Positions 24,841 through 36,612 of a stretch of DNA of 64,000 nucleotides are shown piece after piece (within the stretch, counting starts at the first letter, position 1; the number at the start of each line of letters is the position of its first letter). The translations under genes and the position numbers were made by a program. The notes beneath the pieces are model-generated. The model did not search any database. It saw nothing but the letters and a program-made list of their open reading frames with translations, and was not told the origin of the DNA. The DNA comes from Ascidiella aspersa (Eukaryota), in contig OZ004615.1 of assembly GCA_963924565.1 (NCBI GenBank), positions 8,122,001 to 8,186,000 of the forward strand, in the 5' to 3' direction.

Positions 24841-27800
24841 CTAGCTAATAACATACGCACAATACTGACATTTGAAAGAGATGTTTTGCTGATTAAGAGT
24901 CAGCCTTTCGCTTTTTCGATTGCACGAAGGACATTCGACTTTCTCGATCAACCGGACGCAGTGAGCCTCTGCTGCGTTAAAGGTGTCAAAAGCTACGTGG
25001 AATTCAACACGGCACCCCGATTTGCCTTGCATCTGATACCTTTTCGGAGTGAAATAAATGTATAACTTTTGTTGAAATTTCAGATCCAATAATATTAATC
25101 CAAAGATTGGATGGTTTGCCTTTTTAACGGTGCCTGTGCAAACTTGAAGTTGTTGCACAGCCTGAGTATTTGCCCAAGTTTTTTGCGTTTCATTCCACTC
25201 TCCTAATTGTTGTCTTTGAATAAATTTTTTAATGGTGTTTGATTTTTCATTGGTAAGAAATTCCAAACGTCTTCCTTTAACAAATGTTTGCGAGCGCATC
25301 TTTTGGCGTAACGTTTCAATTAGTTCAATATCATCGTTGTTTGGTTTATCAGAAGATACTACAATTGCAAATTTGATCGCGTACAGGTAAAGATCGGCAT
25401 AACCACGCTCGTTACGACTTCTCCAATCTGTCACAAATCGAAATACCACCTCTTGTAAGTTGTAACATTTTTCTGACAAAGCTGGATGACGAATATACTG
25501 GAGCCAGTTGTACATATCAAGATTGACAGAGACATCAATTGGGTGGGAATAAATGGTGGACAACAAATTTTCGTACATAGTGACAACATCCCTTCGACTC
25601 TGATTTTTATCAATGTAACCAACTGTTTCGTTTCCTTCTATTGCCCTTCTGGTATTTCGTAATTGATTGCGAACAAGGGGGATATTACGATGAATATTTT
25701 CAATTTCAAACAACTGAACCCTGTCATCTTTAAAATATAATTTGTAAGATATGAGTGCCTCTTGATATTTTGATTTGGCAAGTTCCTGTTTCCTTGATTT
25801 TAGCTTGCATTCTTCCAAAAGATCACCACATATGAAGTTCGAATTTCTGATAAACTCAGCAAGTCTGGGATAGGTTTCATTTAGTTTTTCGACATTAGAG
25901 CAGCCACCATGTCGCTTATCCACATACTCAGCAAAACGAAGTCGAAGCTTTATTTCGCCCATATAACCAAAAGAAAAATTGTCAATTGCCATTTGTCTGG
26001 ATTTGTGAAAATGGGAAATCGAAAGTTCGGCTTGGTCAAGGGCACTTTCTATATTTTCGTTACCTCCGTTTAGAAGTTGACTAGCATGTCTAGAACAACA
26101 ATTTGCAAACATGTTGTGAAATTGACAGGATTTTTGCAAAGTTGGATTGTGCTTTTCAAGGTCAAGTGCCTTTAATAGGTAAGTTTCTGCGCGTTGAAAG
26201 TCGCCAAACGCAGTGCACACTCTTCCGGCATGTCCATTGTAATCTGAATTATCGGGAAATGCGTCGACCAGAGCTACCATTACTTTTATTTTATTATCAT
26301 TTTCTGGAATATCATTTATAAGTGGAGCAAAGTTTACTTTCGCCTTATCGTCTGGTGTAGATTCACGCCGGATTAGCAGTAAATAAATGGAATGTCCAAT
26401 TCCCGACCAAGGTTGATTTCGACCACAAATCTGTTTAAAAATTTCAATCAGATCGATCACATGGGTGTGAAGAGATTGGCGAACGGATGGCAACAATGGG
26501 GCATAAAACGGTTCAGCCACCCTTTGATCATATTCGCTAGAGGGAGAAAGTGCCAACTGCAATATTTCTCTAGCCACCATTGGATACGATATTGTCCATT
26601 CATGTTCGTTTTCGATAAAAAATTGATAGGCTCTGTAAGGAAGGTCGGTCATTTTTACGAATTTCATCGAATTAGGGTGAAGGAAAGCCCTGAACGCATT
26701 CCTGCTGATTCCAGTCTGTCCGTAATAATCCAGAAGTGAAAGGTAGACCAAAATACGTTGCCACTTTGATAGTTCAGCTTTTTTACAAAAAAATCCCGTA
26801 ACGTAGCTCCTAATGCCGGTGTACTCCTCATTAAACGCGTACAAACCAAATTCGAACATTTGTGGGGCATCATATTTTTGATCAGCGCGAAGTTGAAGCT
26901 CTGCCATTTTACAAGAACCGTTTGAAACAAAATTGTTCAAAATTGTTATCAGACGTGAAGCTTCGTCCGAAGATGTCGATTCACTAAGGCTTAGTGAATC
27001 AGATTTTAAATCACTTCTGTTTTCGATTAGGTCCGACTTTCGTTCAACAAGTAGCACCACGAGTTCGATGTGTTGTTTCGCTTGATCGACGATGTTCTTC
27101 TTATCGACGCCGTCAAGTAAGATGAGCAACGGCAACCTGGTCTTTTCATACAGAATTTTTAGATTTTTTACAAGATCAGCCGTGGTAGGATAGGGTGGTT
27201 TAACTTCAATACATGGAATAACTTGTCGCAAAGACCACAGTATTTGTCGTGCGAGAGTGCTACCCCCACTTCCTGGAGTATGAATCAGCCTTAATATTTT
27301 TGGCTTCCATTCTTGATTAATCTCTTGTTTTATCTTTTCACACGCTTCATTTTCAATATCTCTTTTTATAGCAACATTACCCCTTGCAATGTGATCCCAT
27401 GTTGCTACACCACCTTTGTGAAATGACTCTTCTTTGGTTTTGCGTAACCTCTCATCGCTAACTTCTTCTGTTATGTTTATTTCCGTTGACAAAATATCCA
27501 TATAAGAAGGAAATTCTTTGGTTTTGATTTTGATTTTCTTTAATTCATCGTTAGAGGTCTTTCCAGGGACGGTCACGACTCCATACAATCCTGTATTTAA
27601 CATGGTTGGTCCAACCTTTTCAAAACAGAGACTAACTTCATAAGGTGAAATTTGCACACACGTAGAATCTAGTTTATACTTGCTCAGTGTTGTAAACAAG
27701 TGTGAGTCAGATTTAGGCGTTTCGGGAACGCAAAAAATCAGTTTAACGGGAAAAGTCTTTATATTCCCAATGGTGAATTGTTTTCGAATTAACTGTAATA

Positions 27801-28616
27801 ATCGATCAAGAATGTAGCATGAAATGGAATCTGTTTTGTACCAGAGCAAAACAAAGCATGCCGTTTTGTCTGGACAACAATACTGAGCTGCTTTGGTCAC
27901 AACTGTTTCCAAAGCGGTATCGTATTTATCTTCCCAATCCGAGTAATCTGTGACGCACTTATTGGTTATCGCAAGCCAATTGGTTTTGTCAGCTTCTAAA
28001 TCATCGACGTAGTCATCCACATTTCTTCGCGACACCTCTTTTTGCCTGAAATCTAATGAGTCAAACAGACACTCATCCTCATCTTGACAGTCCAAGTCGA
28101 ACACCTGTATCCACGGAATTGCTGATATTCCGCCTAACTTGTTGTTTGGTACGCTAGTTGTGACTAGAAAGTATGCTTGACTGCCATCGACTTTGTCAAA
28201 CATTTTTAAAATCGAAAACATCGAATCTTTATTGGTAGATGCAGATGAAGGCAATTTATCTTTTATCCAAGTTTCGTTTTGTCGTTGTGTGGTAGCTATT
28301 TCGCTTCTATGGCGCAGTGCATCACGAACTCTTGTCATCCAGCTCGGATGAATAAGAGCCCCTTCACGTTTTATTTTAATCATAGTATTATCAACAATGT
28401 GAATATAGTCACTTGAATCAACAAATGAACTAAAATCTCCCAGATTTAAAGCATCAAAACTACCGAATCGTGCTTCATATTGTGATTTTGTGTCATCTAG
28501 ACACTTCCGTGCCAGTTGTGAATCTTCCTTGGGATTAACGATGCTGCTGATTAGAAGATTAGCACAGAAAGCTCTTCTTTCTCTTTGGGTGTTTAAGCTT
28601 TCTATATCTGAAATAC
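24841..28616 (-). CDS. Single 3.8-kb last exon encoding the SAMD9-like core (copy 1)
   Basis: 1262-aa uninterrupted ORF; acceptor ttgcatacag|GT (alternative in-phase acceptor 9 nt downstream). Confidence 0.92.
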
Positions 28617-30836
28617 CTGTATGCAACAAGTTGGATATTAATAAAACATATTTTTCCGAATTTTCAATGCCGGTGACCCTGATTTAGTTTAGGTAGAAAT
28701 AAAAGTATAGTAAACAAGACCAAAAACTGAAAAGTACAAAGACAAGATGTATCTAGATGGTAGGTTAATTGGTTGCATTTCAGTTTAGTTTAAATTACTT
28801 TATTTTTTCAACTGAATGAATTTATGCAGATAAAAACGGAAATGTTTTGCTTGGGGGCAATACATTTGTCTGATTTGCCAACAATTACCGATTTATATGT
28901 GAATTAACTTTCTGAGCGATACGGCCTTTCCTTTTTGCCTGCCTGTCGTGGTGCAAGTTTTAATGCTGTTTTTGTGTAAAAGAACGAGTATTTTAGGTGA
29001 GTTGCGTTGTGTATTGTATGGTTTTGCCAGCCCTGATAATCTGACAATGTGCAAAATGTAACCTTTGCCAAATTTACTACGATGACACATTGGTCAGTTC
29101 GCCCAGCATTAACGACCTTTTGTATAAAACGTCTTGTAGTAATAATAACACTGCTTTTTTTTTGCACTACCTTGCTTTGTAAATTATTAAAGCGTAGTTT
29201 ATATCACGCCTTCTTACCTACACTTATGCGTGTGACATCATAATGATGCATTGGTAATTAAATTGCTTAAATTACGCGAATTTCTCCTGATTCTCCCGGT
29301 TCCCCAAATAGTTAGAACGTTATTATCATGCCAAATACATTTCCCGGAAACATGTAAAGCGACCTACATTTTTTGTTTTTAAAATATGTATAATAAAGAG
29401 GCAGGTCTACGTAGTCGGAGTCTGAACTCTAGCACGACAACATCAGACCAACCGAGTCCAAAGTCCAACGTGAAAATGCTTACCAAATTTGTAACCGATA
29501 AGGTACAAACTATAAATCGTAGGAGTAAAATACCATATAGTTAAAATAATATTCTAACTACTATTGTGGGTGTATTAGATTTATTACACGCATATGAGTA
29601 GATTGCTGTACATCCGCCCTATTTAAGTTACGTAAATGGGTGAAATACAGGCTGTCGACACAGGACTCAGGAGTCAAAGAAATTGGGGAATTGGCCAGGA
29701 TCGGATTTGAGAGTGGTACTACAGTTTATTTTTTCAGGCGGAGTTGGATTGTTTTCAACCTACTCCGCAGCCCTATTGGTCAGTAACAACTAACAAGAAC
29801 AATAAATTGCTTAAAAATTCTGCACGACACTCATGACCGCATTACAGAGAAAACCTAAAAGAGTTGTTGGGCAGTACGCAGCCGAACCAAATAAATAAGG
29901 AGCGTTACAATAATTTACAGTGGCGTTAACAACACTTCTGTATTTCTATAAATAGAAAATATTTTATAACTGACCTATTTCTTTTAACGCTTCGGTAAAC
30001 TGCGCAATTCTTTCTGCGGTTTCTTCAGCTGAGCATCCTGCTTTTATGTGAAACCCGCCTCGAAATTCTGAACTGGATGGTTTACTTTTGTCGCTTTCGT
30101 AAATGAGAAGATACAAATCTTTCAGCAACAACTTGGATTGATACAATGGCTCACAGAATTTATGAAACTGTTTGCATGTATTGTCCGTGAGCACCAAAAT
30201 ACTGAAAGGTAAAAATTGACATGTTCGATAGCACAGGTTAAGTTTTCTTAGCTTACACAGAAAAATTAGAAATTAATCGATTAAAACATTTAATACACGT
30301 TATAACTTCGGAAAGGATTACTAAAATCAGTCGGCCAAATCAGGATTTTCGTGCAAGTAAGTCCAGGCTAGAAAAACTCATTTAAAGGGGATCAACAGTT
30401 CGTTTTCAGCAACTGAAACATTAATTTTTTTCTTTCGGTAATCCTTTCGTAGGCTTTATTTGCAGAAATAAAAGGCTTACCTAGATAATAATGCATGGTG
30501 AACGCCCGACATCAAGTTAGAAATGATTTCTCTTCCGGCGATTTCGAACTGTACAACACTGTAGCCCATAAGTTTTAAATTTCGCTCGATAGCACAGACA
30601 TAGTCCAAATCATCAGGATGTCCAATCAAAGCAATATCCCCATCCGAGATGCCAGACGATGACACAGTTGAAGCTGTGTAGTAAGCTTGTGTATTATTTA
30701 CATTATCCAGTGAAGATGTGCGTGTTGGTAAAAAAAATTTAAAGGAGCACATAATCAAATTAAATACCAATATATTGTTAAAGTAAAAGGATTAAAAGTA
30801 TAAAATCACCGAGATACCTGTAGAAGCAGCTTCCAT
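24841..30836 (-). CDS. SAMD9L-like: TIR-domain SAMD9/SAMD9L-like STAND NTPase, intact copy, ~1404 aa (TIR - possible LOTUS-like - SIR2-like - P-loop NTPase - TPR - OB-fold - Zn ribbon)
   Basis: Exons 30818-30836, 30481-30673, 29975-30201 and 24841-28616 join in frame (phases 1, 2, 1). SAMD9 hallmarks: YFLVT...IPWIQVFDLD, F..GG..W, lysine-less Walker A HTPGSGGSTLARQILWSLR, Walker B LLILLD, TPR-like GDFQRAETYLLKAL, OB-like terminal VEFHVAF. Confidence 0.85.
29975..30673 (-). CDS. Two exons encoding a TIR-like domain (copy 1)
   Basis: DIALIGHPDDLDYVCAIERNLKLMGYSV (bA-aA-bB), AGREIISNLMSGV (BB loop-aB), SILVLTDN (bC), KFCE (aC), LYLLIYE (bD), FHIK...EETAERIAQF (bE-aE). Confidence 0.65.
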
Positions 30837-31683
30837 TTTCCACTATAAGCTTTCAATAACCATTTACTCACAATATTATGTTTTCTGTAATAATAGATGA
30901 AAATATTGTCACTTACTTCGCCGAGCTATAATAATTAAAGATAAACTATGTTAAATTAAATTATATCCTATAAATAACTACGCAACCTAACTGTAGAAGC
31001 TCTTTATTCGTAGTATACCTATTTGCTTAACTCGCTAGCCTTTATAACTGAAAAACAAAACACACAGTGCTTTGAGTGAAAAAGTCTCTTAAAATCAAAT
31101 AAAAAATTGGTTGCACTAAATTTCTAGTCTTTAATGAGCTAGACCACCACAGCAAACGGTTAATTTTTCTATATAGCTTTGATCTTATAAATGCAAAGAG
31201 CAATAATGCGTCACATTTTTTCTCTGGGCCCTGGGAGCAGCTGTAGGCTTCTTAACCAAAAATGAAATTACTTTTGTTGCAAAGTTAACCAACGAAATTT
31301 CTGTGTTAAACTCGCTTTTGGCCCTCTGGTTTAATTATTTTGTTCTGGATAATAATATCCTAAAAATATCCAGGTGGACCAAGTTTCATGGTTTCTCGAA
31401 TCTTGTGCGCTCGCCACCCGCCCACTACATTAGTAACTTCAAAGAGACATCGGAAATCGTGACTAGACATACAACTAATTTTCGACAGTTTTGCGCGAGC
31501 ATTCTTTAATCGGACAAACCTTTGGCGGTAAAATCACGCACAAGTTGTTACTGGCCACTGTTTTATTTGATTTTGTTTTAGCAAAACCTATGCTCCTGCG
31601 CTTGTTTTTGTAAAGGCTTAACTGGCAGTTTTTGGTACAGCCTGTACTAACAGCTCAAAGTTTATATTAATTAACTAGTGAAG

Positions 31684-31729
31684 GAAAGTAAACTCCGCCG
31701 AACGGGGAATCACATACGAGAATTTCCCC
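31684..31729. promoter_or_regulatory. Candidate NF-kB/IRF-like motif cluster ~0.85 kb upstream of the TIR-SAMD9 ATG
   Basis: GGAAAGTAAACT followed by GGGGAATCAC and GAGAATTTCCCC; variants in all four copies (~1177-1218, ~12456-12502, ~49189-49235). Confidence 0.3.
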
Positions 31730-32339
31730 ATGGTGGTGTTTTGAGCAGAATTAGAAATATTCACTGGGGTTTGCAACAACGGTAGCATTCTATATCAGGA
31801 AACCAAATCTTTTATACTTTGCGCTGTTGTTTAAATGTTGCCAAAAAAATCTAAACCTAATCTATGTTTTGCTGCTGCTAGAGCTTATCTAACTAAATCT
31901 ACGCAACACAGAACAACAGTCGATTCATTTGCCTACACATACACTCTGTAGATTACACTTCAATAGCAGAGTTGTGTATTACGCGAAGCATATGCAAACA
32001 TACGACAGGTAAGTTATATATCCAGACTATATGGTAACATTACAACAGGTAAGTTATATATCCAGACTGTATGCTAAACATTTTGGCGACATTTGGATTC
32101 TAAATTATTCGCAATGGTTATACAACGATTCGGAACTTTGGTGGAAACTTTTACACAAATATTGCACTTTCGCTCTGACGTCGCTTCTGGTAAAACAAGA
32201 CCGGTAACGCAATTTACAAGCATTCGTGACAAGGGCGACGAGTTTATGGTACATGTGCAAAGCGGACAGACAGATGGGCAAAACTAAAACTAAAAACGGC
32301 TCGGCGTGGTCGGTAGAAGAGAGCTGATTTCGTTTCTGA

Positions 32340-35300
32340 TCATTCAGCAGGCACGACCACCTTCTCTGCCGCTGCCTCTTCACAGGTGGTGTCTTTGTAG
32401 GTGCAAGACAAGATGGTTAACTGACTGTGCTTTCTTGGCGTGGCGTCGTCGCAAACCATGTCGTAGTTCCTTGACGCGGTGAAGGCCGGTTTGCAGCACT
32501 TGCACTTCCCTAGGGACGAACAGCGACAAAATTAGGAAGTTGTAGAAAGCTGTGCTTTTCTTCGGGGCAGCGCCTCGAGAAACTAGTGCTTTCTAGGGTA
32601 TTTTTACCGCGGTTTTGTCTTTATACAGCCTTAGAGAGCAACAGGGCCCGCAGGCTAACCTTTTAGCGATTTTGTACAATTTTACCACTTGGACTAGCGA
32701 ACCCTTAAGTTATAGCCTTAGTTTACCAACAACGCTACCAGTGTCTCTATAGGTTTTAAACAAACAAACAAATAGAAAAAATAAACGTTTAGATAAGCCG
32801 TTTTCAAACTGGGGTCCGCAGACCAAATAGAGTCCGTACAACAGTTTCAGAGGGTCCGCAAGGAGAACAACTCTTTAAGGTTTTCAACATTAGGCTTTGG
32901 CGAATTTTTTAAACACTAGTCTATGTTTTAAACATGATCTGTCATCATTATCCTCTTTAGTTATGCTTTATTATTCGATCATGTGGAGTGTTTTATGATG
33001 TCTATTGTGACATCATAAAGCAACTATTATACTCTACTACCTGATGTCAGCGAATTGTTCGCCTTAGTTAGAAAGTTGTTACATTGGAAAGAATCGTCAC
33101 TACACTAGTGTACAACAAGAAACATGGGTCAAATGACCCTTGAACTTTTATAGGGCGGCGAAATATCAAAGTAATTGCAAAGGGTCCGCCAGGCAAATTT
33201 TCTGGAAAAGTTTAAGAACCGCTGGTTAAGATAACCCTCGTATCTACCCTTATGCGATCACTCCTGTTTCGTGCCAGCTTAGTTGGTAGTTTGAATAATG
33301 ACAACGAATTGACTGCGCTTGTTATCCCCAAACCATGCACTGTAGCCAAAGAAGAGATTTTTACCTGCTATGAGACCCGACGTAGGGTTGATGTGCTGTG
33401 TGGTAGGGCACGATCTCGAGCAGTAGTTGATGTCGTAGGCCTTGTTTGTCCAGCAGCGGTGACCTTCGACGGTAGCATTGAGAATTACGTTCCGAGTGCC
33501 GACTGCGCACGGGTAGGGCGACTCTTCACCTTTAAAATGGAAAGTAAAGTTTTAGTCTTGCTTTTATGCAGATGTTTCGTCGTTCACATAAACATCGTAC
33601 AAACGCTGGGTAGCCCGAACTGGCCAAAATTGTCGTGCTCCGCGCAAATATAAATTGTATTTCTGGTGTGTCTTATCCTTTTTGATAAAATTGTTTTAGC
33701 ATAAAAGTGTGCGTCCTATAGCACTCTAAAAATGAAACTTTGGGGTTGAACGATATAACGCCGCTTTGCGCAAGTCGATAACATTGTTGCAATGTGTGGT
33801 GTACTAAAGGTTACTCTTTATGACGATTTAGATGTGACGCTACAGATGTCACTTTTTGACGTCTTTCATGAAAAGAAAAATGATATTGTCATTCGCAAAA
33901 GAAAACTCTTAGATGCGTTAATCAGTTCAACTGTGTTGTACCGCCATAGGGGAAAAACTAAAATTTACTTTTATTCAGGTCCTCTTAGTCGTTATGCCAG
34001 CCCTATAGCTTTTCGTCAAATAACTGATTCCAAATCAACCTGTTTAAGGTAGCTTTTTACGCTGATCGTGTGAATTTGTTAGTACCACCAACTGTAAATA
34101 ACCCTCAAGAAAGCAAACTCGTATACTTACAGTACTTGCAGCAGCCAGAAGTAGAAAGGTTGGCAATAATCCGTCCACCCCTCTGTGCAACATATAACAG
34201 TTTGGTTTAGTTTAAACAGAAATAAATCAATAAAATGTTTTTTAGGTAGATCAGACAGGCGGTCCATGACTAATCCCTTAATTTCAAACATTTTCAAATA
34301 GTCGTAATAGGCATTTAATAAAAAAAACCGATGCAGATATTTGCCCGATTTTTGTTATTTACATTGTCCCGACAGTGGTGATTAGAATAACTGCAATTTT
34401 TCGAAGAATAAGAATACTAGTTCTCGACAAAATATACCCGTTCAGATGGGACTCTTGCACAAGATGCATACTTACCTCAACGCAAGGTTGGTTTATCGGC
34501 TCGCACCCGTACTTATTGTAGGAGACGATTTGCGGACATTTGGTGGTTGTATTGTATTCGCAGCTCGATGCCACCCGATTCGATTTGTTTTCAACGCTTG
34601 TAGCGTTCGTATTAGGATAATTCGGGGCTTTGAAGCGTCTGTATTAGAACATGTGTTAGAAATTAGACGCTTTAAGCGTAGTGTTTTAGAACAGGATACA
34701 GGCGAACAGCGAATGCGCAGACTAATCATGCATAACGAAACGTTGCCAAGCGATGAAAACTACAGTTTTTTTTATCTTGTACAGTTTTGGATATTAGAAA
34801 TGCAGAAATGTTTATTGTTTATAACTGTAACAAGTTAATGCGATGTTTATAATTTTGGCGGTGGTCTAGAATCTTACCACAATAACTAAATCAACGCACA
34901 GTATGTGGATTAGGGTGCTAGTTAGCGTTTGGATTTGGGTGGGTCAAGTATGGCGCTCTTTCACTATTGTACGTAAAAATTAATAAAAATTTTTTTTCTT
35001 CAAATGTCGCATACCACAACACATATTGTTTGGGTAGGGCGCGGGTTTGCGTTTGGTTGAGGGTGGGTCAAGTTATTATTAATAATAAACATAATATTAC
35101 TTGACCCACCCTCACCCAAACGCTAACCCGCACCCTAACCCAAACAATATGTGTTGTGGTATGCGGTACTATTATTTTTATTTTTTTTGCATAACTTTTC
35201 ACGTACAATAGTGAAAGAGCGCCTCAAGTATTAGTATTAAATAAAGAATATTATAATACTTCACCCACCCACACCCAAACGCTAACTCGCACCCTAACTC

Positions 35301-36612
35301 AAATTTTGTGCCTTGATTTCATAACTGTGGTAGGATTCTAGACCAGCGCCGAAAGCAGACCAGAGATACACTTTTTTCGTGCTGGTCTAAAGTCCTACCA
35401 CAACGCGCATTATTTCGGTAAGGGTTAAAAATGAATATAAGAATACTTGACCCACCCACACCCAAACACTAACTCTCGCCGCCACTAACCCTAATATTGT
35501 GCGTTGATTTAATAATGTGGTAGGATTCTAGACCAGCGCCCTTTTTTAACTTTGTTGCACCTGCATCCGCGTGTTCTGTTATACTTTCCAGGCTGGGGTA
35601 AGGGTGGTTCAAGTATTATCATTAATAGTATTGCTTAACCTATACCCAAACCGAAACGCTAACCCGCACCCTAACCTAAATAATGTTCGCTAAGGTAGGC
35701 TTCAGCAACAATAAAAGCTTTTAACCTGCTATTTACTGGGTAAAATTATAAACATCGCATTAACTTGGTACAGTTATAAACATTTCTGCATTTCTAATAT
35801 CCAAAACTGTACAAGATAAAAAATCTGTAGTTTGCATCGCTTGGCAACGTTTCGTTATGCATGATTAGTCTGCGCATTCGCTGTTCGCCTGTATCCTGTT
35901 CTAAAACACTACGCTTAAAGCGTCTAATTTCTAACACATAATCTAACACAGACGCTTCAAAGCCCCGAATTATCCTAATACGAACGCTACAAGCGTTGAA
36001 AACAAATCGAATCGGGTGTCGATGCATAACAGGAGTCGTTTCGGATAGAGCTTCCAATCTAAAAACAACGGAGCATGAGGTAGTAAACATTTGTAACTGC
36101 TGTCGTCTTGAATCGCAAGCCAAAATTTGCACAAAAAATGACTAAAAACGTGGCACATTTGAGTTTATAAATAACGGTTTTCGTTCCGCATTGCAAAAAG
36201 ATCTTATAAAAGGATCGTCGCCAAAAAAAAGGACGTTCGTGTACAATGACAGTAAGTACGCTGCGAATTGCAGTCAGGGAAACATTTCAGGGAAACAATT
36301 AATAATGTTTCGATTTCGTCTACCACTCTTCATTAAATTTCCTGGAAAACATCTAAAATTGATGCGTACATCGGAGAAAAAGGTTGAATCCGCCATGTGA
36401 AGAACATACAGAGACTTACCGGGAAAGCGATTTCGTTTTGCACGCACTTGTCGCAGACCCAGTCGAACTCAGGGCAGCACTCACTGACGGCGTTGGTACG
36501 TACGCGCCTCAAGCCGATGCCCCAGGTTATGTTCCACTGGACGCAGACCGACTGCAGCATGGCGTTGTTCATACATTGGTACCGGGCCAGTCTTGCTATT
36601 GCGCTGTTCCAG
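32340..36612 (-). pseudogene. Duplicated last five exons of the mucin/vWF-like gene, disrupted
   Basis: Matches 49920-53050. Foldback insertion at 34572-36018; net 17-nt deletion at ~36580 removes CCPKY and shifts the frame. Confidence 0.88.
34572..36018. mobile_element. Second copy of the foldback element with nested MITE (34952-35223)
   Basis: TSD TCGATGC (34565-34571, 36019-36025); inverted arms ~34572-34856 and ~35742-36018; same insertion site as 15437-16881. Confidence 0.88.

Noticed and set aside
24841-28629. Bacterial Avs gene from contamination or recent horizontal transfer
   Set aside because: Joined to spliceosomal exons, host-like AT content, embedded among animal genes and transposons; vertebrate SAMD9 coding regions are also essentially single-exon
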